From assembly GCF_963921235.1 (NCBI RefSeq), contig NC_086107.1, positions 108,998,001-109,062,000 of the forward strand: 64,000 nt of DNA. The letters are read 5' to 3'. The stretch's first letter is position 1. Each line of letters begins with the position of its first letter. The translations under genes and the position numbers were made by a program. This DNA comes from Mobula hypostoma. Lineage: Eukaryota. The notes beneath the pieces were generated by a model, which did no database searches, was not told where the DNA came from, and saw nothing but the letters and a program-made list of their open reading frames with translations. Below, one piece after another: positions 49,340 through 61,634 of the stretch.

Positions 49340-51624
49340 TGAGGGAGTGTCACACTGTCAGAGGGACAGTACTGAGGGAGTGTCACACTGTCAGAGGGAC
49401 AGTACTGAGGGAGTGTCATACTGTCGGAGGGACAGTACTGAGGGAGTGTCTCACTGTCAGAGGGATAGTACTGAGGGAGCGTCTCACTGTCAGAGGGACG
49501 GTACCGAGGGAGTGTCTCACTGTCAGAGGGACAGTACTGAGGGAGTGTCTCACTGTCAGAGGGATAGTACCGAGGGAGTGTCTCACTGTCGGAGGGACAG
49601 TAGTGAGGGAGTGTCTCACTGTCAGAGGGACAGTACCGAGGGAGTGTCTCACTGTCAGAGGGATAGTACTGAGGGAGTGTCTCACTGTCAGAGGGATAGT
49701 ACCGAGGGAGTGTCTCACTGTCGGAGGGACAGTACTGAGGGAGTGTCTCACTGTCAGAGGGATAGTACTGAGGGAGCGTCTCACTGTCAGAGGGACGGTA
49801 CCGAGGGAGTGTCTCACTGTCAGAGGGACAGTACTGAGGGAGTGTCTCACCGTCAGAGGGATAGTACCGAGGGAGTGTCTCACTGTCGGAGGGACAGTAG
49901 TGAGGGAGTGTCTCACTGTCAGAGGGACAGTACCGAGGGAGTGTCTCACTGTCAGAGGGATAGTACTGAGGGAGTGTCATACTGTCGGAGGGACAGTACT
50001 GAGGGAGTGTCTCACTGTCGGAGGGACAGTACTGAGGGAGTGTCACACTGTCAGAGGGACAGTACTGAGGGAGTGTCACACTGTCAGAGGGATAGTACTG
50101 AGGGAGCGTTTCACTGTCAGAGGGACGGTACCGAGGGAGTGTCTCACTGTCAGAGGGACAGTACTGAGGGAGTGTCTCACTGTCAGAGGGATAGTACCGA
50201 GGGAGTGTCTCACTGTCGGAGGGACAGTAGTGAGGGAGTGTCTCACTGTCAGAGGGACAGTACCGAGGGAGTGTCTCACTGTCAGAGGGATAGTACTGAG
50301 GGAGTGTCTCACTGTCAGAGGGATAGTACCGAGGGAGTGTCTCACTGTCGGAGGGACAGTAGTGAGGGAGTGTCTCACTGTCAGAGGGATAGTACTGAGG
50401 GAGTGTCTCACTGTCAGAGGGACAGTACTGAGGGAGTGTCTCACTGTCAGAGGGACAGTACTGAGGGAGTGTCTCACTGTCAGAGGGATAGTACTGAGGG
50501 AGCGTGTCTCACTGTCAGAGGGACAGTACCGAGGGAGTGTCTCACTGTCAGAGGGACAGTACTGAGGGAGTGTCTCACTGTCAGAGGGACAGTACTGAGG
50601 GAGTGTCACACTGTCAGAGGGACAGTAGTGAGGGAGTGTTTCACTGTCAGAGGGACAGTACCGAGGGAGTGTCTCACTGTCAGAGGGATAGTACTGAGGG
50701 AGTGTCTCACTGTCAGAGGGATAGTACCGAGGGAGTGTCTCACTGTCGGAGGGACAGTAGTGAGGGAGTGTCTCACTGTCAGAGGGATAGTACTGAGGGA
50801 GTGTCTCACTGTCAGAGGGATAGTACCGAGGGAGTGTCTCACTGTCAGAGGGACAGTACTGAGGGAGTGTCTCACCGTCAGAGGGATAGTACCGAGGGAG
50901 TGTCTCACTGTCAGAGGGACAGTACCGAGGGAGTGTCTCACTGTCAGAGGGATAGTACTGAGGGAGTGTCTCACTGTCAGAGGGACAGTACTGAGGGAGT
51001 GTCTCACTGTCGGAGGGACAGTACTGAGGGAGTGTCTCACTGTCAGAGGGACAGTACTGAGGGAGTGTCTCACTGTCAGAGGGACAGTACTGAGGGAGTG
51101 TCTCACTGTCAGAGGGACAGTACTGAGGGAGTGTCTCACTGTCAGAGGGACAGTACTGAGGGAGTGTCTCACTGTCGGAGGGACAGTACTGAGGGAGTGT
51201 CTCACTGTCGGAGGGACAGTACTGAGGGAGTGTCACACTGTCAGAGGGACGGTACTGAGGGAGTGTCTCACTGTGGAAGGGATAGTACTGAGGGAGTGTC
51301 TCACTGTCAGAGGGACAGTACTGAGGGAGTGTCTCACTGTGGGAGGTTCAGTACTGAGGGAGTGTCTCACTGTCGGAGGGACAGTACTGAGGGAGTGTCT
51401 CACTGTCTGAGGGACGGTACCGAGGGAGTGTCACACTGTCAGAGGGACGGTACTGAGGGAGTGTCTCACTGTGGGAGGTTCAGTACTGAGGGAGTGTCTC
51501 ACTGTCAGAGGGACAGTACTGAGGGAGTGTCACACTGTCTGAGGGACAGTACCGAGGGAGTGTCTCACTGTCAGAGGGACAGTACTGAGGGAGTGTCTCA
51601 CTGTCAGAGGGACAGTACTGAGGG
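49340..51624 (-). repeat. 33-bp minisatellite array B (~69 units), inverted relative to array A
   Basis: Unit gagggagtgtctcactgtcagagggacagtact is the reverse complement of the array A unit. Confidence 0.97.
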
Positions 51625-51784
51625 ATGCCATAGAAATAGTTATACCTAAGGAACGCTATTTCATGATGAAAGTGCTGTAATCTTGTAGCTGTCAGCCTGT
51701 TTCACTGTAAAATAACATCTGCTGTTTTAGCGACCACTCTCTATTTTGCAGAGGAGCAGGTGATCTCTTCCTACATCATTCATC

Positions 51785-53362
51785 ATTACAAGACCATATG
51801 ACCATAAGATGTTGGTAAAGTGCAGGACATTCAGCCCAGTCGAGTCTACCCTGCCATTCCATCGTGGCTGATTTATTTTCCCACTCAACCCCATTCTCCT
51901 GCCTTGATCCACATTGTTTGACACCCTTGCTAATGATGAACTCATCAACCAACATTTTAATTGTACACGACGGCTTGGCCTCCACAGCCATCTTTGGCAA
52001 TGAATTCCACATTAAGCACCCTCTGGTTAAAGATATTCCCTCTCATCTCTGTTCTAAAGGAAAGTCCTTCTATGCACGTCCTAGCCTCCTCCCCTTCATT
52101 GACACATTTTCTCTGTGCTCACCCTGTCTAAATCTTTCAATATTCATTAGATATCGGTAGATTATCCCCTAGCAACGCATAATTACTTGTTTTCTCAGTC
52201 TTATTTATGGAAACTTTAGAACATAGAGCACAGAACATAGAAATCTACAGCACCTAACAGGCCCTTCGGCCCGCAATGTTGTACCGACCATGTAACCTAC
52301 TCTGGAAACTGCCTAGAATTTCCCTAGCACATAGCCCTCTATTTTTCTAAGCTCCATGTACCTATCTAAGAGGCTCTTAAAAGACTCTATTATATCCGCC
52401 TCCAACACCGTTGCCGGCAGTGCATTCCACACACCCAACACTCCCTGTGTGAAAAACTTACCCCTGTCATCCCCTCAGTACCTATTTCCAAGCACCTTAA
52501 AACTAGCCCCCCCCCCCCTTGTGTTAGCCACTTCAGCCCAGGGAAAAAGCCTCTGGCTATCCACATGATCAATGCCTCTCATCATCTTATACACCTCTGT
52601 CAGGTCACCTCTCATCCTCCGTTGCTCCAAGGAGAAAAGGCCAAATTCACTCAACCTATTCTCACAAGGTACACTCTCCAAGCCAGGCAACATCCTTATA
52701 AATCTCCTCTGCACTCTCTCTATAGTTTCCACATCCTACCTGTAGTGAGGTGATTAGAACTGAAAACAGTTACTCCAAGTGGGGTAACATTAGCTGTAAC
52801 ATTACCTCATGGCTCTTGAACTCAATCCCACAGTTGATGAATGCCAACATACCATACGCCTTCTTAACAACACTGTCAACCTGCACAGCAGCTTTGAGTG
52901 TCCTTTGGACACGGACCCCAAGATCTCTCAGATCCTCCACACTGCCAAGAGTCTTGCCATTAATATTACATTCTGTCTTCAAATTACACCTACCACAATG
53001 AACCACTTCACACTTATCTTGGTTGAACTCCATCTGCCACTCTCAGCCCAGTTCTGCATCCTACTGATATCCCACTGTAACCTCTGACAACCCTCTAGAC
53101 TGTCCACAACACCCCCAACCTTTGTGTCATCAGTAAACTCACTAACCCACCCTTCTACGTCCTCATCCCGGTCATTTATAAAAATCACAAAGAGGAGGGG
53201 TCACAGAACCCATCCCTGCACACCACCACTGGTCACCGACCTCCATACAAAATACGAATCATCTACAACCACTCTTTGCCTTCTGTCGGCAAGCCAATAC
53301 TGGATCCACAAAGCAAGGTCTCCTTGGGTCCCATGCCTCCCTACTTTCTGAAGGGGCCTTGC
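51785..53362 (-). mobile_element. Two CR1 3' fragments (51785-~52170; ~52215-53362)
   Basis: Encode IFINDRDEDVEGWVSEFTDDTKVGG, FNQDKCEVVHCG and ERVQRRFIRMLPGL...MRGDLTEVYK. CR1 tails present. Confidence 0.9.
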
Positions 53363-53934
53363 ATGGCTTTCTGTGCAGAGTATGGCAGCTGTTTTCCCCA
53401 CATATCAGCAATGTCTTCAACAGTGTTCTGCAGATGTCAATAATAATAAATAATGGCTCCGTCTGTCTAAGTAGACAATGGATGCGCCCGGTTCTCCGGG
53501 GCGCAGACCTGGGCAATGAATATGGAGATCCTGGGCTGCCCAGACATCAAGATCCCCCTCTCGGCCTCGCGGATCTGGTCCAAAGGAGTAAAGGCAAAGC
53601 AGTACATTGGCATCAGCCTGGCTGCAGGAGCTGCCCGGAGGTGACGTGATATGTCATCCAACCGCCTTCGGGGCTCCACTCCGGATTTGTGCAGGGTTTA
53701 CTCCTCAGCCTTCGCTTCTCCTGAAGATACCCACAAGGCAGTGGGATCCGTAACCCTGGATAGGGGCCCATACCGGGTACTGTCAGCCGGAGCCAGCTGA
53801 GCCCGGGACTCGTGTGAGGCAGGGTCGTCACACCCTGTAGTAGTGACATATGGACCCACTACCCACTACCCAGATGTCAAAGAGCTTTGGAAACATCATG
53901 AGATTTGTGAGAGTTACCACAAGGGAAGTTTTTC

Positions 53935-54065
53935 TACATAGAACACGGAACATAGTACACAGAACATGGAATATAGAACATGGAACACAGAACACAGAAC
54001 ATAGAACATTGAACATGGAACAGAGAACACAGAATAGTACAGCTCAGAACAGCTCCTTTGGCACA
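53935..54065 (-). repeat. Expanded degenerate 7-bp CR1 tail repeat (AGAACAY)n
   Basis: catagaacacggaacatagtacacagaacatgg... next to a CR1 3'-end remnant. Confidence 0.75.
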
Positions 54066-54514
54066 TGATGTTGTCCCAACCCATTAACCCACTCCAAGAT
54101 CCATGTAACACTGCCCTGCACATAGCCCTCCATTTTCCTTTCAAGATTCAAGACATTCGTGATCATCCATGGAAGCAGTGGCAGAAAAGGCAGAGAAGGA
54201 GGGGGATGGAGAGAGAATTCCATCATCTATGTGGCTTCAAGGTCTTTAAGAGAGAACCAGGACCAGAATGTCATTTATTATCACTAACGACTGTATTGAA
54301 ATTTGTTGCTTAAAGGGGAGAGGCGAACAGGGGATTCAGAAAGCTTCTGGAGAAGATTCCCTGCTTTTGGAAAACACAATAAAGTCATGACATTTAAGAT
54401 GACTGGGGTCAAACAAGTCATTGAGTACTCAGATGCAGTAGGACTGATACCAATTCAATGTGAGGAACAGAATCTCACAGACTGCCTGTGTAGTCCACTA
54501 CCCAACAGCATGAC

Positions 54515-55030
54515 AACTGGATTCTTCAACTTTGGTAACTTGTTCCCCCGCTTTCCCTTTCCTCCCTCTTCCTGATCCACCCAGTTCCCCCAACACCCAT
54601 TCGCTGGTCTCTTCCCCTCTTCCATTCATTCCGTCTCCCCATCATCCCACTGGGTCTCCTCCCCCCAGTGTTCCCATCCACACACACCACCTCCCTTTGC
54701 TGGCTCCATCATTTGCAGTCAGATTTCACCATCCAATTGTCTTTCACACCTCCACCTATCACCTCCCAGCCTCCATCGCTCTCCTCCATCTGCTTATCAT
54801 CCGTGCCACCTGGATCCATCAATAACTTGCCAGATCTTTCTCCGCCTCATCCCCTCACCTCTGAATCCTGATTACCTCCCCTCTCTTTATCACTCCTGAT
54901 GAAGGGTCTTGACCCGAAACATCAACTATGCATTTCCTTCCACAGATACTGCCTGACCCTTGGAGTTCCTTCAGCACTTTGTTTCTTTGTTGCTTCAGAT
55001 TCCAGCATCCACAGTCTACTGCATCTCCAG
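54515..55030 (+). mobile_element. Penelope 3' end with a hammerhead-like core
   Basis: Pyrimidine tract, then CUGAUGA-A-GGGUC(UU)GACCC-GAAA-C-AUC at 54896-54923, then pLTR. Confidence 0.7.
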
Positions 55031-55347
55031 CAATACTTGTTGCCCAAACTGGGAGGAATTGAGTTCAAGAGCCACGAGGTAATGATGCATCTCCACAAAT
55101 CTCTGGTTAGGCCACATTTGGAGCATTCGGGTCCCCTCATTATAGGAGTGACGAGGAAACGAGAGACTTCTCCCCAGGGCAGAAATGACTAATACGAGGG
55201 GGCATAATTAGCACGACACTATTACAGCTCAGGACATCAGAGTTCAGAGTTCAATTCCAGCAAGTTTGTGCGTTCCTTCCCGTGTGCGGAGAGGTTTCCT
55301 CATACTGGTTAGTAGGTTAATTGGTCTTTATAGATTATTCCCTGATT

Positions 55348-55751
55348 CAACATTTCCATAGGATGTAACTTGACTTTTTCCAAATCCTTCTTATTAACTT
55401 AAAATATATGAATAGAGGAGCGGAGTTGACGACATTACTGAATGTATTCGATTTAAGATATTAGTCCAGCCTTGTTTTGTTCCATTTGCTTTCTTTTTGG
55501 GTTTAGTATTTAGTTTTTTTTTGTTTTTTTCTGGGGGTTTTCTTTGCATTTTTTTTTTCTTTTTATTTCTTTTTTCTTTATGATTAACTATATTAAGAGT
55601 TTGGAAGTCTATTACACCTATATTATTTGAAGTCTTTTTTGTACATGTTTATCAGCAATAAGATCATTCCAATCTCTTTGTATCAATATTGTTATTCTGT
55701 TTATAATTTTGGAAAATTAATAAAAAGATTTAAAAAGAAAGAAAAAAGAAA
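55348..55751 (+). mobile_element. L1-like 3' end with a 16-bp TSD, nested in a V-SINE (~55210-55785)
   Basis: TSD agattattccctgatt at 55332-55347 and 55752-55767. T-rich 3' UTR, AATAAA and an A-rich tail. Confidence 0.78.
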
Positions 55752-55787
55752 AGATTATTCCCTGATTAGGCTAGGGTTAAACTGATG

Positions 55788-57420
55788 GGGGCCTCCGCTA
55801 CTTCTTGGATAATAGACCTCACCAGTTCCCCACCACCACTACCCTCCTCTGGTTGGCGGAACTGGTTCTCACACTTAATAACTTCTCTTTTGGCTCTTCC
55901 CACTTTCTTCAGACTACAGGTGTGGCTATGGGAACTCGCAAGGGACTCAGCTATGCCTGCCTCTTCGTTGGTTATGTGGAACAGTCTGTGCTCCAAACCT
56001 ATTCTGGTACTGCTCCCCAACTTTTCCTTTGGTACATTGGCGACTACATTGGTGCTGCTTCCTGCACCCATGCTGAGCTCGTCAATTTCATCGACTTTAC
56101 CTCAAACTTTCACCAGCCCTCAAATTCACTTGGTCTATCTCTGACACTTCTCTCCCCTTTCTCGATGTCTCGGTCTCCATCTCTGGAGACAGACTGTCCA
56201 CTGACATCTTCTACAAGCCCACTGACTCTCATAACTACCTCGACTATACCTCTTCCCACCCCGCCACATGCAAAAATGCCATTCCCTATTCCCAGTTCCT
56301 CAGTCTCCACCGTATCTGCTCCAAGGATGAGGTTTTCCGTGCCAGCACATCTCAAATGTCCTCTTTCTTTAAGGACCGTGGTTTCCCTTCTACCGTCATC
56401 AATGATGCCCTCACCCACATCTCCTCCATTTCCCATACTTCGGCCCTCACCCCAACCACAACAGGGACAGAGTTCCCCTTGTCCTCACCTACCAGCCCAC
56501 CAGCCCCCGGATCCAGCACATTACCCTCCGCAACTTCCGCCACCTTCAACAGGACCCCACCACTACGCACATCTTTCCCTCTCCACCCCTCTCCGCCTTC
56601 CGCAGGGATCGATCCCTCCGCGACTCCCTGATCCACACGTCCCTCCCCACTGATCACCCACCTGGCACTTATCCCTGTAAGCGTAAGTGCTACACCTGTC
56701 CCTACACCTCCTCTCTTGCCACCATTCAGGACCCTAAACAGTCCTTCCAGGTGAGGCAACACTTCACTTGTGAGTCTGTTGGGGTCATCTATTGCATCCG
56801 GTGCTCCCGGTGCGGCCTCCTCTACATCGGTGAAACCCGACGCAGACTGGGGGACCGCTTCGTCGAGCACCTCCACTCCGTCCGCCACAACAGACAGGAT
56901 CTCCCAGTAGCCACCCACTTCAACTCTGCTTCCCATTCCCATTCAGATATGTCCATACATGGCCTCCTCTACTGCCATGATGAGGCTAAACTCAGGTTGG
57001 AGGAGCAACACCTCATATACCGTCTAGGTAGTCTCCAGCCCCTTGGTATGAACATAGAATTCTCCAACTTCCGGTAATTCCCTCCCCCTCCCTTCCTCTA
57101 TCCCTATTTCACTCTACCCCCTCCTCCAGCTCCCTCATGGTTCCGCCTCCTCCTTCTACTACCCATTGTTTTCAGGGCTATGACGTCATTGCTTCCCCTC
57201 CCCCACCCCTTTGTCTTTCTAATTACTGGTCTATCAACTGAAGCTACAAGCATTCTTCAAATCCTTCCCCATCTTTCATTCTTCAGTCCTGACGAAGGGT
57301 TCCGGCCCGAAACGTCGACTCATCGTTTCTGACTGATGCTGCCTGACCTGCTGAGTTCATCCAGCCTACTGAAAGTGTTGCTTTGATCTCTTACAGCATC
57401 TGCAGATTATTTTGTGTTTA
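55788..57420 (+). mobile_element. Penelope-like element (Neptune-type), 5'-truncated: RT C-terminal half, GIY-YIG endonuclease, pLTR
   Basis: Encodes LVLTLNNFSF...QTTGVAMGT...YACLFVG...WYIGDYIG (YIDD mutated) and VIYCIRCSRCGLLYIGETRRRLGDRFVEH (GIY-YIG). Frameshifts present. Confidence 0.92.
57285..57320 (+). ncRNA. Minimal type I hammerhead ribozyme motif in the Penelope pLTR
   Basis: AGUC-CUGACGA-A-GGG(UUCCGG)CCC-GAAA-C-GUC-GACU. Predicted cleavage after C57316. Confidence 0.85.
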
Positions 57421-58462
57421 AATTGATGGAGTGCTGGGCAGTGTGGTTCGAAGGGCGGGAAGAGACCGGTTCCACGTTGTAAATCTAAATAAATAAGTAA
57501 TAATTTTAAGGCGACTGGAATGAGGTGTAGGGGTGATGTCAGAGAGTGGTGGGTGTGTGGAACACGGTACTGGTGGTCCAGTGGTGTTTCTAGAGGCAGA
57601 TGCTGTAGGAACATTTAAAATACTCTTAGATGGGCACATGGATGAAAGAAAACTGGAGGACTATGTGGGAGGGGAGGGTTAGATTGTTGTTAGTGTAGGT
57701 TAAAAGGTCAGCACAACATCGTGGACTAAAGGGCCCCTGTACTGTGATATAACGTTTAAACCAGTCGTCAACATCAAACCTACTGCATTCCGCAGAGGAG
57801 AGGGTAGATCCCATTCAGATCTCATGCCAACAGTTCCACTTCACTTCAGCTGCACAGGTTCAGTGCTGAGGTTCCTCGGAGTGCTGATAAATGTCAAAGA
57901 TGTAAAATAAACCGTAGCAACGGGAAATGCTGGCAGCCGGGGTGAGACGGGAGCGTAGCTGGTTCTTACAGCTGACCTCGGCCGGTTGTCACTCAAAGCC
58001 GCGCACCCAGCGTGCCCCCTCTCCCGCTGCTCTCGGCAGGCGTCCTGACAACCTGTCAGAGGCAGCGGCCTCACTTGGGCAGCTTGAAGCGGGGATCAGG
58101 TGTGAAGCAGCTTCTAACGAGAGCGCAGGTACGCTGCCGAGCTCGAGAGGCTCCCAAAGGGTCCAGATTCACACTGCCCAATGACACAACCTGTCAGAGC
58201 CTCGGCGACTGCAATCAAAACTGATATACCACAGGAGAAGCGAAACAAGTTAATTATAAAAGGAGGTGATGTTATCAGCTGAGTTCTGACATTGCCAATA
58301 CAATCAATCTCCCTTAAACTTGTTTAGACACACAGCTCAAATTCAGCGGCATTATTATGATTGTTATGTCACCATTCTCCATTACGTTTTAAGAAATCTT
58401 TATAAACATGAAACAAAACTTCACAATACATGGTTTTCTGGTAGCTGTGCTGCATTTATTGT

Positions 58463-58745
58463 GTGGGCACGTGGCCAAGTGGTTAAGGCATTGGAGGTCA
58501 TGAGTTCGAGCCCCAGCCGAGGCAACGTGTTGTGTCCTTGAGCAAGACACTTAATCACATATTGCTCTGTGACGACACTGGTGCCAAGCTGTATGGGTCC
58601 TAATGCCCTTCCCTTGGACAACATTGGTGGCGTGGAGAGGGGAGGCTTGCAGCATGGGCAACTGCCAGTCTTCCATACAACCTTGCCCTGGAGAGTGAAG
58701 ACTTTCCAGGCGCAGATCCATAATCTCGCAAGACTAACAGATGCT
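58463..58745 (+). mobile_element. tRNA-headed SINE (family 2)
   Basis: Homologous to 13913-14210. Confidence 0.85.
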
Positions 58746-58749
58746 GCAT

Positions 58750-59712
58750 TTGTACTGGAATTTAAAGACAAGGATGTAATGCTGAGGCTTTATAAAGTAC
58801 TGGTGAGGCCTCGTGGAGCATTTGTGGCCCCTTATCTAAGAAAGGACGTGCTGACATGGGTTGAAAGGAGGTTCATGAAGATGATTCTGGGTTTGAAAGG
58901 CTTGTCATATGAAGAGCGTTTGATGGTTCTAGGGCCTCTACTCGCTGGAATTCAGAAGAGTGAGGGGTGACCTCATTGAAACCTATCGAATGCTGAAAGG
59001 TCTCGATAGAGTGGATGTGGAGAGGATGGTTCCTATGGTGGGGGTGTCTAAGATCAGCCTCAGAATAGAGGGGCAGCCTTTTAGAATGGAAATCAGAAGG
59101 AATTTCTTCAGCTAAATAGTGGTGAATCTGATGAATCCATTGCCACAAGTGGCTGTGGAGGCCAAGTCACTGGGTATTCTTAAGGCGGAGGTTGTTGGGT
59201 TTTTGATTAGTCAGGGCATGAAGGGATATAAGGAGAAGGCAGGAGACTAGGTCTGAGAGGGATAATGGATCAGCCATGATGAAATGGCAGAGCAGACCCA
59301 AATCAAACCAAATCAAATCAAGTTTAATTATCATTCAAACCATAGCTGAATGAGACAGCATTCCTCTGGGGCCAATGTGAAACATTCAAAATAGCAACCA
59401 AACATTCAAAAATAGCAAGTAACATAATTCAAAATATTGGAATATTTAGTCCAAGACCCTGAGCGACAATGTCCAGCAATCAATGGTACAATCTCCAAGC
59501 AGTGTACAGACACAAGCAATCCAGCCTGTCATTCCACCACTCGAACACAGGGGGGCAGCACTGACATGCGTCCCTCACCTAGTCTGTAACAACAGGCAAG
59601 CCAAAGGCTTGAGGTCTAGTTCTCACTACAACTGAGGATACATAGCTCCCTTGCCGACTGTTCCACGATGGGCCAAATGGCCTAATTCTGCTCATATCTT
59701 ATGGTCTTATAT
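58750..59712 (+). mobile_element. CR1 3' fragment with an unclassified antisense insertion (~59300-59665) in its 3' UTR
   Basis: Encodes EFKDKDVMLRLYKVLVRP...GLKGLSYEERL. The UTR is split between cagcagaccc and gatgggccaaatggcctaattctg. Confidence 0.82.
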
Positions 59713-60072
59713 ATGACTCATTTCCTTTCAGTCTACTGCCAAGAAGAAATGGAATCCTAGTGCAAATAGGATACCAATTGGATGCTATGCCACTTGCAAC
59801 ATGGAGGTCACGGGGTTACTGCAGTGGTCTGAGGCTGAAGTGTGTCATTCAGGCAGAGAATGTGAAGTTTAACTCTTGAACTGTATCACTGCTCCATCCA
59901 ACTTGGGTTTCCATGATGGACAGTGCAGTCGGACTAACGACCTGCCCAACGACGACAGAAACAAAATGGTGGATTGAGAAGGTGAAAGAACGTCGACAAA
60001 GAATAATGCTTATGCAACAAAAATCCAGAGCAAATACTTCCCCACTAGGGACTTTGATTGGATAGTATAAAA

Positions 60073-60152
60073 CAGGGGTTCCCAACCAGGTGTCCACAGA
60101 CTCCTTGCTTAATGGTATTGGTCCATGGCATAAAAAAAGTTGGGAACCCTTG
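60073..60152. mobile_element. hAT-type MITE, copy 2
   Basis: caggggttcccaacc...gttgggaacccttg. Confidence 0.65.
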
Positions 60153-60764
60153 GGGTAGAGAGAGATTGACTCTGCAACATTTCAGTGTCATTGGCTCAGG
60201 GTCATCTGACTGATCAATAACATCTTCTTATTGGCTCCGATCCAAGGGCTGCACAATTTCATGCCTTAGATGACTTCTTTCATTCTCTTCGACTCTGGTT
60301 CAAACCAATCAAACCAGATCACTTGGACATTGGGCCGAGATAACAAGATTAGTTTCCGCAAAACTGTCACTCTACACAATACACAGCTTATCTGAGAATG
60401 TTCTCAGGTTGAGCAGGTCAATAGCAGAAACTCCTTGTGCCCAAGGATTAGATTATCCCAGAGCAAGAATCAGTTCTCAAACAGTTCACAAGATGGAGGT
60501 TGCAGAGCAACTTCACAAAATGGCAGCCTCCATTCCTCTGACCTCATGGCGAGAACAAAGACAGTTAGTCTGCTGGCCTCCACTGTCCTTAATTCATTCG
60601 ACTTCTCTGATTTGTGGACTGTAGTTCTTTATCCCCTGTCCTGGGAGTGTTTGATGGGACAGTGCAGTGGGAGATTGACTATATAATTAACTACTCATTT
60701 CACTGAACTGGTGGATTTTGATGGGGTAAGGAACTAGGTTTGTACAGACACTCCCTCTGAGGAT

Positions 60765-61130
60765 CATCACCTCGGCATTGTGGAGAGACTTATGAATTCC
60801 TGAGATCCAGAGAGCGAAGCCGCCTGGAGCTTAGCTCCTGGTAGGGTCGCCCGTGGCGGTAAGATCAAGGAGGAGGTTCCAGACAAAGAGAGACCCAACC
60901 AAGACCTCTCAACGGTGGAATTTTCAGAAGATACATGTGGCAGTGAAGACACAGGAAGGCTGCAGCAGTTGTCTTGCACCAGGGACTGCTTGATGGCTGT
61001 CCGTGCATCAGCCTCCCAACATTGAACAAAGTCACACACAGGCGTTCTCTCATTGAGGTAATCCCAGATTCAGTCTTGCAGTAAAGGGGGTAGGATTGTG
61101 CCCAGACAGCCTCTACAGCCACCTGAGGTC
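60765..61130 (+). mobile_element. RTE (Expander/Rex3-like) 5' UTR fragment
   Basis: agcttagctcctggtagggtcgcccgtggcggtaagatcaaggaggaggttccagacaaagag resembles RTE 5' UTRs and the 5' parts of 30792 and 40583. Confidence 0.55.
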
Positions 61131-61179
61131 CCACCGATGGACAACCCCTCAGGAGAAGGTCACACTCAATCCAAGTGAC

Positions 61180-61470
61180 TTATTTATTAATTGAGATACA
61201 GTGCAGAACAGGCCCTTCCAGCCCTTTGAGCCGTGCTGACCAGTGATCCCCCAATTTAACCCTAGTTTCATCACCAATTAACCTACCAATCAGTACATCT
61301 TTGGAACGTGGGTAGAAACCAGAGCACCCGGAGGAAACCCACGCGGCCACGGGGAGAATGTACGAACTCCTCACAGGCAGTGGCGGGAATTGAAACCGGG
61401 TCGCTGGTACTGTAAAGCGTCGTGCTGGCCACTACGGTACCGCACTGCGCTAATCACACTACTACTGTGC
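61180..61470 (-). mobile_element. V-SINE copy
   Basis: Same motifs as 1980-2260. Further copies at about 10715-10925, 14600-14790, 38580-38790, 39455-39730 and 41070-41395. Confidence 0.75.
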
Positions 61471-61634
61471 AGGACACTAATCTAACGAGGGCTGGGTGAT
61501 TGTTGGAACAACTGGGTAGATCAAGTGGAGAGTGGAAATGAGACGGGGGTGGGGGAGCAGTTTACCTGAAGCTGAAGTATTCAAATGCATTGACTAAAAG
61601 AAGAATTCATGTTCTTTTCAACCTTGGGTTGTAC

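Noticed and set aside
49347..51649. 687-aa, 386-aa and 381-aa ORFs
   Set aside because: Same minisatellite artefact.
55805..57077. Active Penelope element or domesticated telomerase-like RT
   Set aside because: Truncated and frameshifted, and the catalytic YIDD motif reads YIGD.
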